A stretch of 64,000 nucleotides of DNA, taken from assembly GCA_049570475.1 (NCBI GenBank), contig CP186953.1:1184001-1248000 (forward strand). Reading direction: 5' to 3'. Source of the stretch: Candidatus Methanosuratincola verstraetei. GTDB taxonomy: Archaea; Thermoproteota; Methanomethylicia; Methanomethylicales; Methanomethylicaceae. Each line of letters opens with the position of its first letter. The stretch's first letter is position 1. Made by a program: the position numbers and the translations under genes. This document shows, piece by piece, positions 1 to 10,032 of the stretch. Below the pieces are notes generated by a model. The model had not been told where the DNA came from. It was given only the letters and a program-made list of their open reading frames with translations, and ran no database searches.

Positions 1-393
1 GAGTGGATTACCGATCCGCGCTTCGACACCAACCCGCACAGGTGCGCGAACGAGCCGATACTTAAGCAGATGATCGAGGAATACACGAAGCCAAGGACTA
101 GGTGGGAGGTCGCGAAGCTCCTGCTGGAGAACGACGTGCCTTCTGCGCCGGTCTACAACGTCGGCGAGGCTGTCGAGGATCCGCACGTGAACGCGAGGGA
201 GATGATAATCGAGCTCGACCAGCCCCAGTACGGGAAGGTGAGGGTGGCTGGCTGCCCGATAAAGTTCTCCGAGTCCCCGATTAAGAGGTTCGACCCTGCG
301 CCGCTGCTTGGCCAGCACAACAAGGAGATACTCGCCTCGCTCGGGTACTCAGAGGCCGAAATAGAGGAGTTCAAGAAGAAAGGGATTATCTAA
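1..393 (+). CDS. Family III CoA-transferase (CaiB/BaiF, formyl-CoA transferase-like), 5'-truncated by window edge
   Basis: C-terminal motifs VPSAPVYNVGEAVEDPHVNAREMI, PIKFS and APLLGQHNKEIL; frame is open from base 1. Confidence 0.85.
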   Translation, partial: EWITDPRFDTNPHRCANEPILKQMIEEYTKPRTRWEVAKLLLENDVPSAPVYNVGEAVEDPHVNAREMIIELDQPQYGKVRVAGCPIKFSESPIKRFDPAPLLGQHNKEILASLGYSEAEIEEFKKKGII

Positions 394-424
394 ACCCTTC
401 CATATTTTTTATTGGCGAAACACC

Positions 425-1381
425 TTGCGCCCCCTGGATCGGCTTCTGGCAGAGGGCAAGTTCTTCTCAGGATCGGTTGCCGCTTCCCAGATGGGGGTGT
501 CGAGGGCGGCGGTGTCGAAGCAGATCGCGCGCCTTAGGAAAGAGGGTTACCTCATAGAATCCGTGAGGGGGAAGGGCTACTTGCTTGTGCCCAGGTTCGA
601 CGGGCTTCTCCCCCTGGAGATCCTGGCAAGGCTCAGGACCCGCGTGCTCGGCAGGAACCCGACACTGCTGGACACGGTCGACTCGACGCAGAACTTCCTG
701 AGGGGGCTGGCTGAGCAGGGGGCGGCGGAGGGCACGCTCGTAGTTGCCCTTGAGCAGCGGTCCGGTAAGGGCAGGGCATCCCGGTGCTGGTCATCTCCGC
801 CAGGCGGTCTTTGGTTCAGCCTCCTGCTGCGCCCCTCCCTGCCGATTCACCAGGTTTCCATTCTAACACTCATGTTCGGCGTAGCAGTAGCTAGGGCCCT
901 GATGCTGCACGGAATACCCGCATCCCTCAAGTGGCCGAATGACGTTCTTGTCAGGGGGAGGAAGATATGCGGCATACTCCTGGAGGCCTCCTCTGATCCC
1001 GAGAAAGTGGAGTATGTCATCGCGGGCATCGGACTCAACGTAAACTTCTCCACCGCGGATCTGCCGGATGAGGTCAAGGAAAGGGCCGTCTCCGCGCTCG
1101 ACATATTGGGGAGGCGGCTGGACCGGGCGGAGCTGCTTTCGACAATACTGATGCACGCCGAGGCGATGTACGAGGGGCTGCCCTCTTCGATAAGCGGAAT
1201 ACTGGATGCTTGGCGCCTCTTCTCCTGCACCCTGGGTGCGCCGGTGACGATAAGCTCCTACGGCAGGATCATCGAAGGGAAGGCTCTTGACGTAGCCCAG
1301 GACGGGGCCCTCCTGGTCGAGACTGAGGGAGGCGTCGAGAAGGTCTATTCTGGCGACGTGACCATAAAAAGCACCGCTTAA
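425..1381 (+). CDS. birA: Biotin--[acetyl-CoA-carboxylase] ligase with N-terminal HTH (BirA-type)
   Basis: SG...GVSRAAVSKQIARL HTH; DSTQ; EQRSGKGR; KWPNDVLVRGRKICGIL; GIGLNVN; DGALLV. Confidence 0.9.
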   Translation: MRPLDRLLAEGKFFSGSVAASQMGVSRAAVSKQIARLRKEGYLIESVRGKGYLLVPRFDGLLPLEILARLRTRVLGRNPTLLDTVDSTQNFLRGLAEQGAAEGTLVVALEQRSGKGRASRCWSSPPGGLWFSLLLRPSLPIHQVSILTLMFGVAVARALMLHGIPASLKWPNDVLVRGRKICGILLEASSDPEKVEYVIAGIGLNVNFSTADLPDEVKERAVSALDILGRRLDRAELLSTILMHAEAMYEGLPSSISGILDAWRLFSCTLGAPVTISSYGRIIEGKALDVAQDGALLVETEGGVEKVYSGDVTIKSTA

Positions 1382-1456
1382 TTCTCGCTTTTTGGCTGCC
1401 CGGGCGCAAAGTTGGGCAAAAAAAATCAGTGACAAAAAAGCGGGTGCGGAGCCTGT

Positions 1457-2689
1457 TCAGCAAGGCTCCTGGGGGCTGCTCTTCCTCTCCAGCAGCGCCA
1501 GCTTCGCCCTTATCTCCTCCTGCAGCCGCTCCGGGAGACCCGGGAGGCCCGGATCGAGGAAGCCCTTGACGAGCACACCAATCGCCTGCTCCGGTTGGAT
1601 GCCCCTGGCCATGAGGTAGTGGAGCTGCTCCTCCTGGAGCCTGCCGATCGCAGCCTCGTGCGAGAGCTCAGTGTCCGAGTGCTCGGCGACGAGCTCGGGT
1701 ATAGCGGTAATCGAGGAAGTCGGGCAGAGTATCATCCCCCTGCACTCAAGGTGCCCCTTGGTGTTCCTGTTCTGACCTATTATCTGCCCCCTGTTGTAGA
1801 CCTTCGATGTCCCAGTCGAGACCACCTTGAATATTGACTCCCCGGATGTCCCTTCCGCCATCAGGTAAATCCTGTTCCCGAGGTCGATTATCGAGTCCTT
1901 GCTTGCGTAGATTATCGAGTTGAACTTCGCCTTCGCGTCCTTGCCTACCAGGTGTGCTGTCGGGTAGCTCTGGATGTCCCTCACCGGCTTTATCATCACG
2001 TAATTGGAGATGAATGTGCCGCCCTCCTCGACTATAACGCCCGTCCTGGGCCTAACGTACGCCTCGTCGGACCAGCTGTGTATCATCGTGAAGACGAGGG
2101 TGGCGTTCTTCTTAACATAGAACTCGCTCACGCCGACGTGGGCGACCGTCTTGACCCTGCTGTCTGCGGTGCAACCTGTGATCACGTTGAGCTCGGACCC
2201 CTCCTCGGCGATTATTATATTGTGGGGCGCCTGGAGGACGCCCTCCGTGCCTATGTACAGGCAGGCCTGGATCGGCTGCTCGACCTTCTCGTTCGGGGCA
2301 GACCTGATGAAGTACCCCTTGGTCTGCCTGAGCTCCGCTATCGCCGTGTACTTGTCCTGCGAGACCGAGAGCGCCTTCCAGTAGTAGCCCTTCAGCCAGT
2401 CGTACTTGTTGAGGGCCTCGTCTGTGGTCATCATCTCGACGCCCTTGATCCTCGATGCAATCTGGCTGAGCAGCACGGAATGGTCGACCTGGAAGTATGT
2501 CCCTCCCTTCTTCCCCTCAACGTCGACACCCACTTCGAGTCCCTTCTTCTTCACGTCCTCGTCGATACCTCTCTCGCCCTTGGGGATTGTGACGAAGTCG
2601 CTGAGGTCAATGTCGTTCCCAAAGGTCGCCCGCTTGGTTACCGCCTGGAGCGCCTCAAGCCTGTACTTCTTCCTCCATTCATCGCTCAT
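1457..2689 (-). CDS. sufB: SufB/SufD-family Fe-S assembly scaffold (SmsB-like)
   Basis: beta-helix region, GHLECRGMIL, AIPEL, ELSHEAAIGRL, YLMARGI; overlaps sufC. Confidence 0.9.
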   Translation of the reverse strand: MSDEWRKKYRLEALQAVTKRATFGNDIDLSDFVTIPKGERGIDEDVKKKGLEVGVDVEGKKGGTYFQVDHSVLLSQIASRIKGVEMMTTDEALNKYDWLKGYYWKALSVSQDKYTAIAELRQTKGYFIRSAPNEKVEQPIQACLYIGTEGVLQAPHNIIIAEEGSELNVITGCTADSRVKTVAHVGVSEFYVKKNATLVFTMIHSWSDEAYVRPRTGVIVEEGGTFISNYVMIKPVRDIQSYPTAHLVGKDAKAKFNSIIYASKDSIIDLGNRIYLMAEGTSGESIFKVVSTGTSKVYNRGQIIGQNRNTKGHLECRGMILCPTSSITAIPELVAEHSDTELSHEAAIGRLQEEQLHYLMARGIQPEQAIGVLVKGFLDPGLPGLPERLQEEIRAKLALLERKSSPQEPC

Positions 2690-3438
2690 GTGTTCGAAGC
2701 CTCCTTTATCAGCCTCTCATACCCCAGCTCCTCTATCTTTGGCATCAGCTCCTCGTAGCTGCCTGTTAGCGCGATCTTCCCGCCTGAGAGGATGTGCATC
2801 CTGCTCGGCTTCAGATACTGGAGGATGTGCCGGTGGTGCGTGATTATCATCATGCTGCACTTTTCCGTCCTGAAGTACTCCTGCAGGCTGTTCCCGAGCA
2901 CCTTCAGCGAGTCGATGTCCACTCCGCTGTCGGGCTCGTCAAGTATCATCAGCTTGGGCTTCATTGCGAATATCTGCGCGAGCTCTGACCTCTTCCTCTC
3001 CCCCCCTGAGAAGCCGACGTTCACTTCCCTGTCGAGGTACTTCTCCGGCTCCAGGTTCACCTTCCTCAGGATCTTCTTGGGGAGGTCGGGGTCGTCCCCG
3101 GGCTTCGGCTGCCAGGGGTTCATCCCTGCGGACAGCGAGATCATGTGCCCGAGCTTTATCCCCCTGATTGCCGGCGGGGACTGGAACGCAAGGGCCATCC
3201 CCATCCTTGCCCGCTCGTCGATGCTCTTCGAGGTGATGTCTTCCCCCTCAAAGAGTATCTTGCCCTTGCTCACCTGGTACTGCGGGAAACCGGCCAGAGT
3301 GAGGGCGAGTGTCGTCTTGCCTGAGGCATTGTGCCCCATTATCGCCACTATCTCGCCGTACTCCATTTCCAGGTCTATCCCTTTCAGAAGCTCCTTCCCT
3401 TCCACGGTCACGTGGAGATCTTGGACACTGAGCAGCAC
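2686..3438 (-). CDS. sufC: SufC-like Fe-S assembly ABC ATPase (SmsC-like)
   Basis: Walker A GHNASGKT, YLDREVNVGFSGGERKR, ILDEPDSGVDIDSL. Confidence 0.9.
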   Translation of the reverse strand: MLLSVQDLHVTVEGKELLKGIDLEMEYGEIVAIMGHNASGKTTLALTLAGFPQYQVSKGKILFEGEDITSKSIDERARMGMALAFQSPPAIRGIKLGHMISLSAGMNPWQPKPGDDPDLPKKILRKVNLEPEKYLDREVNVGFSGGERKRSELAQIFAMKPKLMILDEPDSGVDIDSLKVLGNSLQEYFRTEKCSMMIITHHRHILQYLKPSRMHILSGGKIALTGSYEELMPKIEELGYERLIKEASNT

Positions 3439-3493
3439 TTTTCATGCCCCCAAAACAATCGAACTTGCACTCATAGTAGCTCTCCTCAAACGC

Positions 3494-4318
3494 TTAATAA
3501 CTTAACGGCGTTATTTTATGGGAACAGCTCATCCTGCACTCGTAGCAGCTCTCTTCCTCCACCTGGAGTGCTGGCTCGCCCTTTATCGAGAGGAGCGATT
3601 TCCAAGCCTCCTCGATCGACACGGCGTCGCCCTCGACCACATAGCACCTGCCCCCCTCGGCCCCGTTTACGCCCCCTCCACCGACCGGTATGCACCTGCA
3701 CCCGAAGAGGGTCCTTACGGCTTCCATCTCGGTCACCACCCTGCCCGGGATCTGCATCATCCCAACGGGCATGCGCATCGCAGCTGCGAACCTCCTGTTC
3801 CCCATCTCCGGGATTATGTCAGAAATCGGTAACGGGACAAGCTTCTCGAGGCTAACCGGCACGACAACCTGGACGCCCCTGGCAAGCAGCGTCCCTATGC
3901 TCATGCCCATGGTGCCGCCGGTGGGTGATCCGAGGTAGACTCCTGCGTTGCCCCAAGGATCCACCGCGTTAGCCCCCTTGATGAAGACATCTTGGGGGCC
4001 AAGATCATCGAGCACATCCTTGATCCTCTGCCCCGTCTCCACGCCGTTGGAGATGACGACCTCAGGCATCCGCGCTGATGCCTTCGAGACGCAGGTTCCG
4101 CGGCCCGTCACAATCCCGATGGCGAACCGCCCCCTGTCTATCCTCTCGCCGGTGATCTCTTCATACACGTACGCATTGGTTGTTCCTGGGGCGATCACGA
4201 CAGTGCCATCGGCCATTGCACGCCTCACCTGGGGCAGCGAGGAGACGCCCCTGCCTATTAGCCTCTTCGCCTCGGGTGGGGTGAGCGTGACGAGGATCCT
4301 TTGGCTTTCCATGATCAT
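3494..4318 (-). CDS. Conserved hypothetical protein, possible RpiA/NagB/CoA-transferase-like fold, with C-terminal CxxCxxxC
   Basis: GTTNAYV, FIKGANAVD and GGGGVNGAEG motifs; start revised to ATG 4318 (or 4312) because of the divergent promoter at ~4330-4345. Confidence 0.6.
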   Translation of the reverse strand: MIMESQRILVTLTPPEAKRLIGRGVSSLPQVRRAMADGTVVIAPGTTNAYVYEEITGERIDRGRFAIGIVTGRGTCVSKASARMPEVVISNGVETGQRIKDVLDDLGPQDVFIKGANAVDPWGNAGVYLGSPTGGTMGMSIGTLLARGVQVVVPVSLEKLVPLPISDIIPEMGNRRFAAAMRMPVGMMQIPGRVVTEMEAVRTLFGCRCIPVGGGGVNGAEGGRCYVVEGDAVSIEEAWKSLLSIKGEPALQVEEESCYECRMSCSHKITPLSY

Positions 4319-4376
4319 GACTAGTCCATCCAAAAAGTTATATGTTTTTGCCCGGTATTTGCACAAGGTAGTGTTG

Positions 4377-5069
4377 ATGAGCAGGCAGGCTTTCGTTCTA
4401 CCCACCATCGGGGTCGTGCTCTTAGCGTTCTTCTTCCTGATAATAATCCTTGCGCCCTTGATGATCTTGGGGCTGGTCGGGCAGGCGCTGAAGAATTACG
4501 GACTCGGGTGGGGCTCTTTCCTTACATTCCTCCTCCTCAGCCTCGCGGGCAGCTCGATAAACATCCCCATCTGGCGGAGCAGGGTCGCATCCGCCGCGCC
4601 CACCGTCAGGTACGTCTACTTCTTCGGGATACCTTACCCTGTCCCCACAGTCGAGAGGAGGGTCCTCGAGAGCGTCCTCTCGATAAACCTTGGGGGGGCG
4701 ATAATGCCGATCATCCTCTCCGCCTATCTCCTCTTGGCAAACCCCGGGGCCGCCGCCCCAGCCCTCGTCTCCACCGTTGTCGTTTCCTTGGTGGTCTACT
4801 TCATTGCGAAGCCTGTAAGCGGCGTAGGGATAGTCACGCCGATGTTCATCCCCCCTCTGGTCGCCGCGGTCTCTGCCCTGGCATTCGGGGGGCAGTATTC
4901 GGTGGTGGTTGCGTATGCTGGGGGCACGATAGGGACGCTGATTGGTGCGGACCTGCTCCACCTGAAAGACATAAGATCCATGGGGGCAGGGAACATGAGC
5001 ATAGGCGGCGCAGGCACCTTCGACGGGATCTTCCTCACCGGGCTCCTCGCGGTGATGCTTGCATTCTGA
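4377..5069 (+). CDS. DUF1614-family integral membrane protein
   Basis: SLAGSSINIP, INLGGAIMP, GTLIGADLLHL, SIGGAGTFDGIFLTG; start at ATG 4377, since the longer ORF is antisense to the previous gene. Confidence 0.85.
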   Translation: MSRQAFVLPTIGVVLLAFFFLIIILAPLMILGLVGQALKNYGLGWGSFLTFLLLSLAGSSINIPIWRSRVASAAPTVRYVYFFGIPYPVPTVERRVLESVLSINLGGAIMPIILSAYLLLANPGAAAPALVSTVVVSLVVYFIAKPVSGVGIVTPMFIPPLVAAVSALAFGGQYSVVVAYAGGTIGTLIGADLLHLKDIRSMGAGNMSIGGAGTFDGIFLTGLLAVMLAF

Positions 5070-5079
5070 GGTTTTCGAG

Positions 5080-5766
5080 ATGAGAGTCGCAGCGCTATAC
5101 TCAGGCGGCAAGGACAGCAACCTTGCAGCCTTGAGGGTAAAGTCGGATGGGCACGATCTGGCTTGCCTCATCACTGCATCCCCGATCCGGGCGGACTCTT
5201 ACATGTTCCACGTCCCAAATGTAGCTCTGGCGCGCCACCAGGCAGAGTGCATAGGAGTGCCATGGGTGGAAGTCAAAGTCTCGGGCATCAAGGAGCTGGA
5301 GGTCTTGGAGCTTGCAGAGGCGCTCCCCGGGATAGCCGAGGTTCACCGGATAGACGCGATCGTAACTGGCGCGATAGCGAGCAGGTACCAGAAGGAGAGG
5401 GTCGATGAGGTATGCAAGCGGGCTGGGCTGCTTCACCTCCATCCCCTTTGGGATCAGGACGAGGAGGCCCTGATCAGGGAGATGATCGGGCTCGGCTTCG
5501 AGATCTACTTCACCTCTGTCTCTGCAGAGGGCCTCGGCCCAGAGTGGCTGGGGAGGCGTTTGGATCATGATGCGCTCGAGGACCTGCTCCGCTTGCATTC
5601 AAAGCACGGGATCAATGTATCGGGGGAGGGCGGGGAGTACGAGACATTCGTCTGCGACATGCCGCTTTTCAAAAGCAGGATAAGGATCACCTCCGCGATC
5701 AAGTCTTGGCAAAGGACCTCCGGATATGTCCAGATAACGGGGATTGAGCTGGTCAAAAAGCGTTAG
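5080..5766 (+). CDS. Diphthine--ammonia ligase-family PP-loop ATPase (MJ0570-like)
   Basis: LYSGGKDS, SYMFH, GAIASRYQ, GEGGEYETFV. Confidence 0.85.
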   Translation: MRVAALYSGGKDSNLAALRVKSDGHDLACLITASPIRADSYMFHVPNVALARHQAECIGVPWVEVKVSGIKELEVLELAEALPGIAEVHRIDAIVTGAIASRYQKERVDEVCKRAGLLHLHPLWDQDEEALIREMIGLGFEIYFTSVSAEGLGPEWLGRRLDHDALEDLLRLHSKHGINVSGEGGEYETFVCDMPLFKSRIRITSAIKSWQRTSGYVQITGIELVKKR

Positions 5767-5832
5767 GATCGGCGAGAAATACCTTTTTAAACCGACTGGG
5801 TGGAGATAATTGGTGTTTGTTGAGGCGTCCAT

Positions 5833-7449
5833 ATGGTAAAGTTCGTGTTCATCACCGGCGGCGTCCTGAGCAGCGTCGGTAAGGGCATAACGACCTCCTC
5901 GATAGGAAAGATGCTGCAGGCGAGAGGGTATTCGGTCTCGGCAATGAAGATCGACCCATATGTCAACGTAGACGCTGGGACAATGAACCCTTTCATGCAC
6001 GGGGAGGTATTCGTGACCGAGGATGGGGGGGAGACCGACCTCGACCTCGGGCACTACGAGAGGTTCCTTGACATAAACCTCTCTAAGCTCAGCAACATCA
6101 CGACAGGCAAAGTCTACGCTGCAGTGATAGAGAAGGAGCGGAAGGGGGAGTACCTCGGTCAGTGCGTGCAGATAATCCCCCACGTGACCGACGAGATCAA
6201 GGGCGCCATCAGGTCGGCCGCCAAATCCTCCGGTGCAGACGTCTTCCTGGTCGAGATAGGCGGGACCATAGGGGACATCGAGGGGCTCCCGTTCCTGGAG
6301 GCTGTCAGGCAGATGCGGCTAGAGGAGGATCCAGGCGACACGCTCTTCGTCCATGTCGCGCTCGTGCCGATCCTCAACTCAACGAACGAGCAGAAGAGCA
6401 AGCCCTGCCAGCACAGCGTCCAGGAGATGAGGCGGATAGGCATCCAGCCTGACATCATTGTGGCTAGGTGCAGGGTCCCCTTGGACAATGACGTCAGGCG
6501 GAAGATAGCGCTCTTCGGCAGCGTTCCCATCGAGGCCGTCTTCACATCCTATGATGCTGAATGCCTCTACCAGATCCCGATGAACCTCGACGAGCAGGGC
6601 ATGGGCGAGTACATCGTAAAGAAACTGGCGCTCAACGGCAGGACCCCTGACTGGGCGCCGTGGATCTCCATAGTGGACGAGTTCATGAAGGCCTCGACCC
6701 CACTGAAGATTGCCATGTGCGGGAAGTACACGAAGCTTTCCGACTCGTATGTTAGCATAACCGAGGCCCTGAAGCACGCTGGAGCCAAAGTCGGCTGCCG
6801 TGTATCTACGGATTGGGTCGAGACGACCCAGTTTGAGAAGGATCCTTCGAAGGTTGAGCAGCTCGGCGGATACGATGGCATCATGATACTCCCTGGCTTC
6901 GGGTCGAGGGGGACGGAGGGGAAGATACGCGCCGTGCACTATGCCCGCGTGAACAAGAAGCCGCTCCTCGGGATCTGCTACGGCTTCCAGCTCGCAGTTG
7001 TCGAGTATGCAAGGAATGTTCTCGGTCTCGAGGGCGCGAATACCACCGAGGTTGACCCGAAGACCCCCCACCCTGTGATCGATCTCCTGCCTGAGCAGAA
7101 GCAGCTCCAAATGCTAGGGGGGACGATGCGGCTGGGATCCTACAGGATACTCGTGGAGCCCGGGACAATGGTCCACCGCCTGTACAACTCAGATGTTGTC
7201 GTCGAGAGGCACCGGCACAGGTACGAGGTCAACCCGAAGTACTGGGGGCCTCTCAGCGAGAGCGGCATGGTCTTCAGCGGCTGGTCCGAGGACAGGAGGA
7301 GGGTGGAGTTCCTAGAGCTGCCCGATCACCCGTTCTTCCTTGGCACCCAGTCTCACCCAGAGTTCAGGTCCAGGCCGGGCAGGCCATCCATGCCGTATCT
7401 GGGGTTCGTAAGCGCTGCCGCAGGGAAGCCTGCCTGTCGATCAGCCTGA
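5833..7449 (+). CDS. pyrG: CTP synthase
   Basis: FITGGVLSSVGKG, KIDPYVNVDAGTMNPFMHGEVFV, GICYG, ERHRHRYEVN, QSHPE. Confidence 0.98.
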   Translation: MVKFVFITGGVLSSVGKGITTSSIGKMLQARGYSVSAMKIDPYVNVDAGTMNPFMHGEVFVTEDGGETDLDLGHYERFLDINLSKLSNITTGKVYAAVIEKERKGEYLGQCVQIIPHVTDEIKGAIRSAAKSSGADVFLVEIGGTIGDIEGLPFLEAVRQMRLEEDPGDTLFVHVALVPILNSTNEQKSKPCQHSVQEMRRIGIQPDIIVARCRVPLDNDVRRKIALFGSVPIEAVFTSYDAECLYQIPMNLDEQGMGEYIVKKLALNGRTPDWAPWISIVDEFMKASTPLKIAMCGKYTKLSDSYVSITEALKHAGAKVGCRVSTDWVETTQFEKDPSKVEQLGGYDGIMILPGFGSRGTEGKIRAVHYARVNKKPLLGICYGFQLAVVEYARNVLGLEGANTTEVDPKTPHPVIDLLPEQKQLQMLGGTMRLGSYRILVEPGTMVHRLYNSDVVVERHRHRYEVNPKYWGPLSESGMVFSGWSEDRRRVEFLELPDHPFFLGTQSHPEFRSRPGRPSMPYLGFVSAAAGKPACRSA

Positions 7450-7558
7450 TCTCCATTGGCTGACGGATCAGCGGTGATAAAACAAGTATTAGGAATTTTC
7501 CTGCCTATTTAAGTAAGCAGGTGATGGGATTGAAGAATTAAGGAAATAAGACCCAAGT

Positions 7559-7888
7559 TTAGAACTTGAACCTAATCTCCTTAACGTCAGTGCTGCAGAC
7601 CTTCTTCACTCCTCTTATCCCCGGCTTGTAGGAGGTCTTGACAAGGCCCACTTCCTCGAGTATCCTCATCTGTGCGCTGGCATTCGCCTTGCTCTGCTTT
7701 ATCAGCTCTGCGATCTCTTGCATGTCGACCTCCCTGGACTTTATGAAGTTGAGTATCTGTATCCTTGTCGGGGATGAGAGAGCCATTGCAACCTTGGCGA
7801 TGTTTTCCCCTTCCACAGTCATTATGTTTCCTTCATTTTCTGTTTTTTCAATTACTCCGATCATACTTAACACCTTTTTTATTCTCAA
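7559..7888 (-). CDS. ArsR-family winged-helix regulator (true start may be downstream)
   Basis: ALSSPTRIQIL, EIAELIKQSKANASAQMRILEEVGLV. Confidence 0.75.
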   Translation of the reverse strand: MRIKKVLSMIGVIEKTENEGNIMTVEGENIAKVAMALSSPTRIQILNFIKSREVDMQEIAELIKQSKANASAQMRILEEVGLVKTSYKPGIRGVKKVCSTDVKEIRFKF

Positions 7889-8043
7889 ATAATATGCGAA
7901 AGAGTCTATCTTTTAAATGTTTCGTCACAGTGATTAGGGGCAATTATAAAATATGAAAAACTACAACGACAAATTTTAATAAGCGTCAGGTTCTCGTATA
8001 CACTCGGTTACATTGTAATATATATGCTTTTAGTTGATCCGTT

Positions 8044-10032
8044 ATGATTAAGTACTCGAAAGTCATTGGCATCGACCGCCACCCATCCGGGAAGGGCTTT
8101 TCCGCAGTGATCATGCGCGGCGGCGAGGTCCTGCTCAGGCGCGAGCTTATGAGTCCGGATGAGGTGACAAAGGCAGCCCTCGATTTTGAGGTCGATGCTG
8201 TGGCTGTTGACAACATCTACGAGATCGGCGACGAGGGCGAGATCAGGCGCTTTGCCGGTAAATTGCTGAAGGCCGAACTCGTCCAAGTGACCGGATCCCC
8301 GAAGGAGGGTTTCCTACCCCTCTCGGCAGTAGGCAAGCGGATAGGCTTCTCGGACGGGGAAAAGCTGAACCCCCTCAAATCTGCAGAAGCATGTGCCAGG
8401 GCGGCAGCCGCAGGGATCGGCTTCGCCGTGAGGGTTTATGGACCGGAGACGAGGATAACCATATCGAGGAAGCGCCGGTACGGGCCAGGCGGCATGAGCT
8501 CAGAGCGGTACAGGCGGAGCGTCGAGGGGGCCGTCCAGAGCCTTGTTGAAGGGGTCAAGTCTGCCCTTGAGTCCAAGGGGATTGAGTTCGACCTCGCGAT
8601 TAAAAAAGGGGCGCACGGGGTCGTCGGCGCCTCCTTCACGGTGTATTCCCCGAGGAACCAGCTATTCGGTATAGTCCGCCAGATCAGGACCTCGAGCGTG
8701 AATGTTAAAATAACCCCGCTTTACACAAAGTCATTTGAGTATATGCCCTTGCTTGAGGAGAGCAGGAGAGAGGCAGTCAAAAGATACCTGATCGTGGGCG
8801 TCGACCCTGGCATGGTCACTGGGGTCGCCGTGATGGATCTGAACGGTCGGGTACTCCGCCTCATGAGCGGGAGGGGAATGACGAGGGGGCAGATAGCGAG
8901 GAGCCTTGCCTCGCTGGGTAGGGCTCTAGTCTTTGCAAGCGACGTCTCTCCGCCTCCTGACATGGTCACGAAGCTCGCGGCGGTGCACAGCGCAATGGTC
9001 TTCTCCCCCGACCGCCCGATGCGGACCTCTGAGAAGTCCGAGATTGCTGGGATCCTCTCCGACGAGCAGGGGATAGTTGTTGAGGACGCGCACCAGAGGG
9101 ACTCACTCGCCGCGGCCTTCAAGGCATTCTCCTCATTCAGGAACAAGCTTGAGCAGTGCGCCTCGCATGCGCGCGCAAGCAGCGATCAGGTGGACCTTGA
9201 AGAGGTGAAGGCGCTTGTGATCAGGGGGATCAGCATAAGCGACGCCATTTCCAGGAGCCGGTCGCCCAATCCTGTGCGGCCGGCCGCCAAGAAGGCGAGG
9301 GCGAGCGGGGAGCGCGAGAGGATAAGGATCCTCGAGTCGAAGTTCGAGGATCTCCGCACTGAGAGGGATGCGCTGATAGAAAAGATCCGGCAGCTGTCCT
9401 CAAGGATAGAAGAGCTCGAGGATGAGATGCGGCTCACGCGCCTCGAGTACAGGCAGCCCCGGGCTTTGGAGAGCTACGAGCTCGAAAGGAGGATCAAGTC
9501 ACTTCTAGACGAGACAACCCGGCTCAGGGCAGAGGTGGACTCGCTCAAGTCCGAGCGGCAGCGGCTGAGGTCTGCGATCTGCACGATAGCCGAGGGGCGA
9601 TCAATCCCCGTAAGGCGGGCAAGGAGGATCGCCGAGGCGGTGCCGCCGCCGGAAGAGGTCGGCGGGCGAGCCTTGATCTACCTTGAATCCATATCTCCGG
9701 CGGAAGGCGATCTCGAATCGGCTTTCAAGCCTTTCGGCAACGTGTTCCTGATCCTCGACGATCAGCCCAGCGCAGGCGTGCAATCAAGGCTTTGGGAATT
9801 GGGGGTGCCCTTTGCGGTCAGGGGCAAGAATGACGGCTTTGTTGTAGACGAAACGCTGGTGATCGAAAGGGAGTCCCTCGAGAAGATGATCCGCGAGGGG
9901 TGCTCCGCCATGGAAGGTGGTATGAAGTCGCGCCCGGACAGGATCAGGGCCCTCTTTGAGGAGTACAAGAAAGAAAGGATGAAGGAAACCCTCAGAAGAG
10001 GGTCACTCTCTTCTCAAGAATTGCCTCTGTGA
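8044..10032 (+). CDS. DUF460/COG2433 protein (RNase H-like domains plus coiled coil)
   Basis: VAVDNIYE, LVQVTG, GPGGMS, YLIVGVDPG, HQRDSLAAA, long coiled coil. Confidence 0.85.
   Translation: MIKYSKVIGIDRHPSGKGFSAVIMRGGEVLLRRELMSPDEVTKAALDFEVDAVAVDNIYEIGDEGEIRRFAGKLLKAELVQVTGSPKEGFLPLSAVGKRIGFSDGEKLNPLKSAEACARAAAAGIGFAVRVYGPETRITISRKRRYGPGGMSSERYRRSVEGAVQSLVEGVKSALESKGIEFDLAIKKGAHGVVGASFTVYSPRNQLFGIVRQIRTSSVNVKITPLYTKSFEYMPLLEESRREAVKRYLIVGVDPGMVTGVAVMDLNGRVLRLMSGRGMTRGQIARSLASLGRALVFASDVSPPPDMVTKLAAVHSAMVFSPDRPMRTSEKSEIAGILSDEQGIVVEDAHQRDSLAAAFKAFSSFRNKLEQCASHARASSDQVDLEEVKALVIRGISISDAISRSRSPNPVRPAAKKARASGERERIRILESKFEDLRTERDALIEKIRQLSSRIEELEDEMRLTRLEYRQPRALESYELERRIKSLLDETTRLRAEVDSLKSERQRLRSAICTIAEGRSIPVRRARRIAEAVPPPEEVGGRALIYLESISPAEGDLESAFKPFGNVFLILDDQPSAGVQSRLWELGVPFAVRGKNDGFVVDETLVIERESLEKMIREGCSAMEGGMKSRPDRIRALFEEYKKERMKETLRRGSLSSQELPL

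Noticed and set aside
3948-4376. N-terminal 143 aa of the 373-aa ORF
   Set aside because: It is antisense to the hypothetical gene; DUF1614 similarity begins at ATG 4377.
9992-10032. 41-bp convergent overlap of DUF460 and mat
   Set aside because: 3' overlaps are common in compact archaeal genomes, and there is no further sign of regulation.
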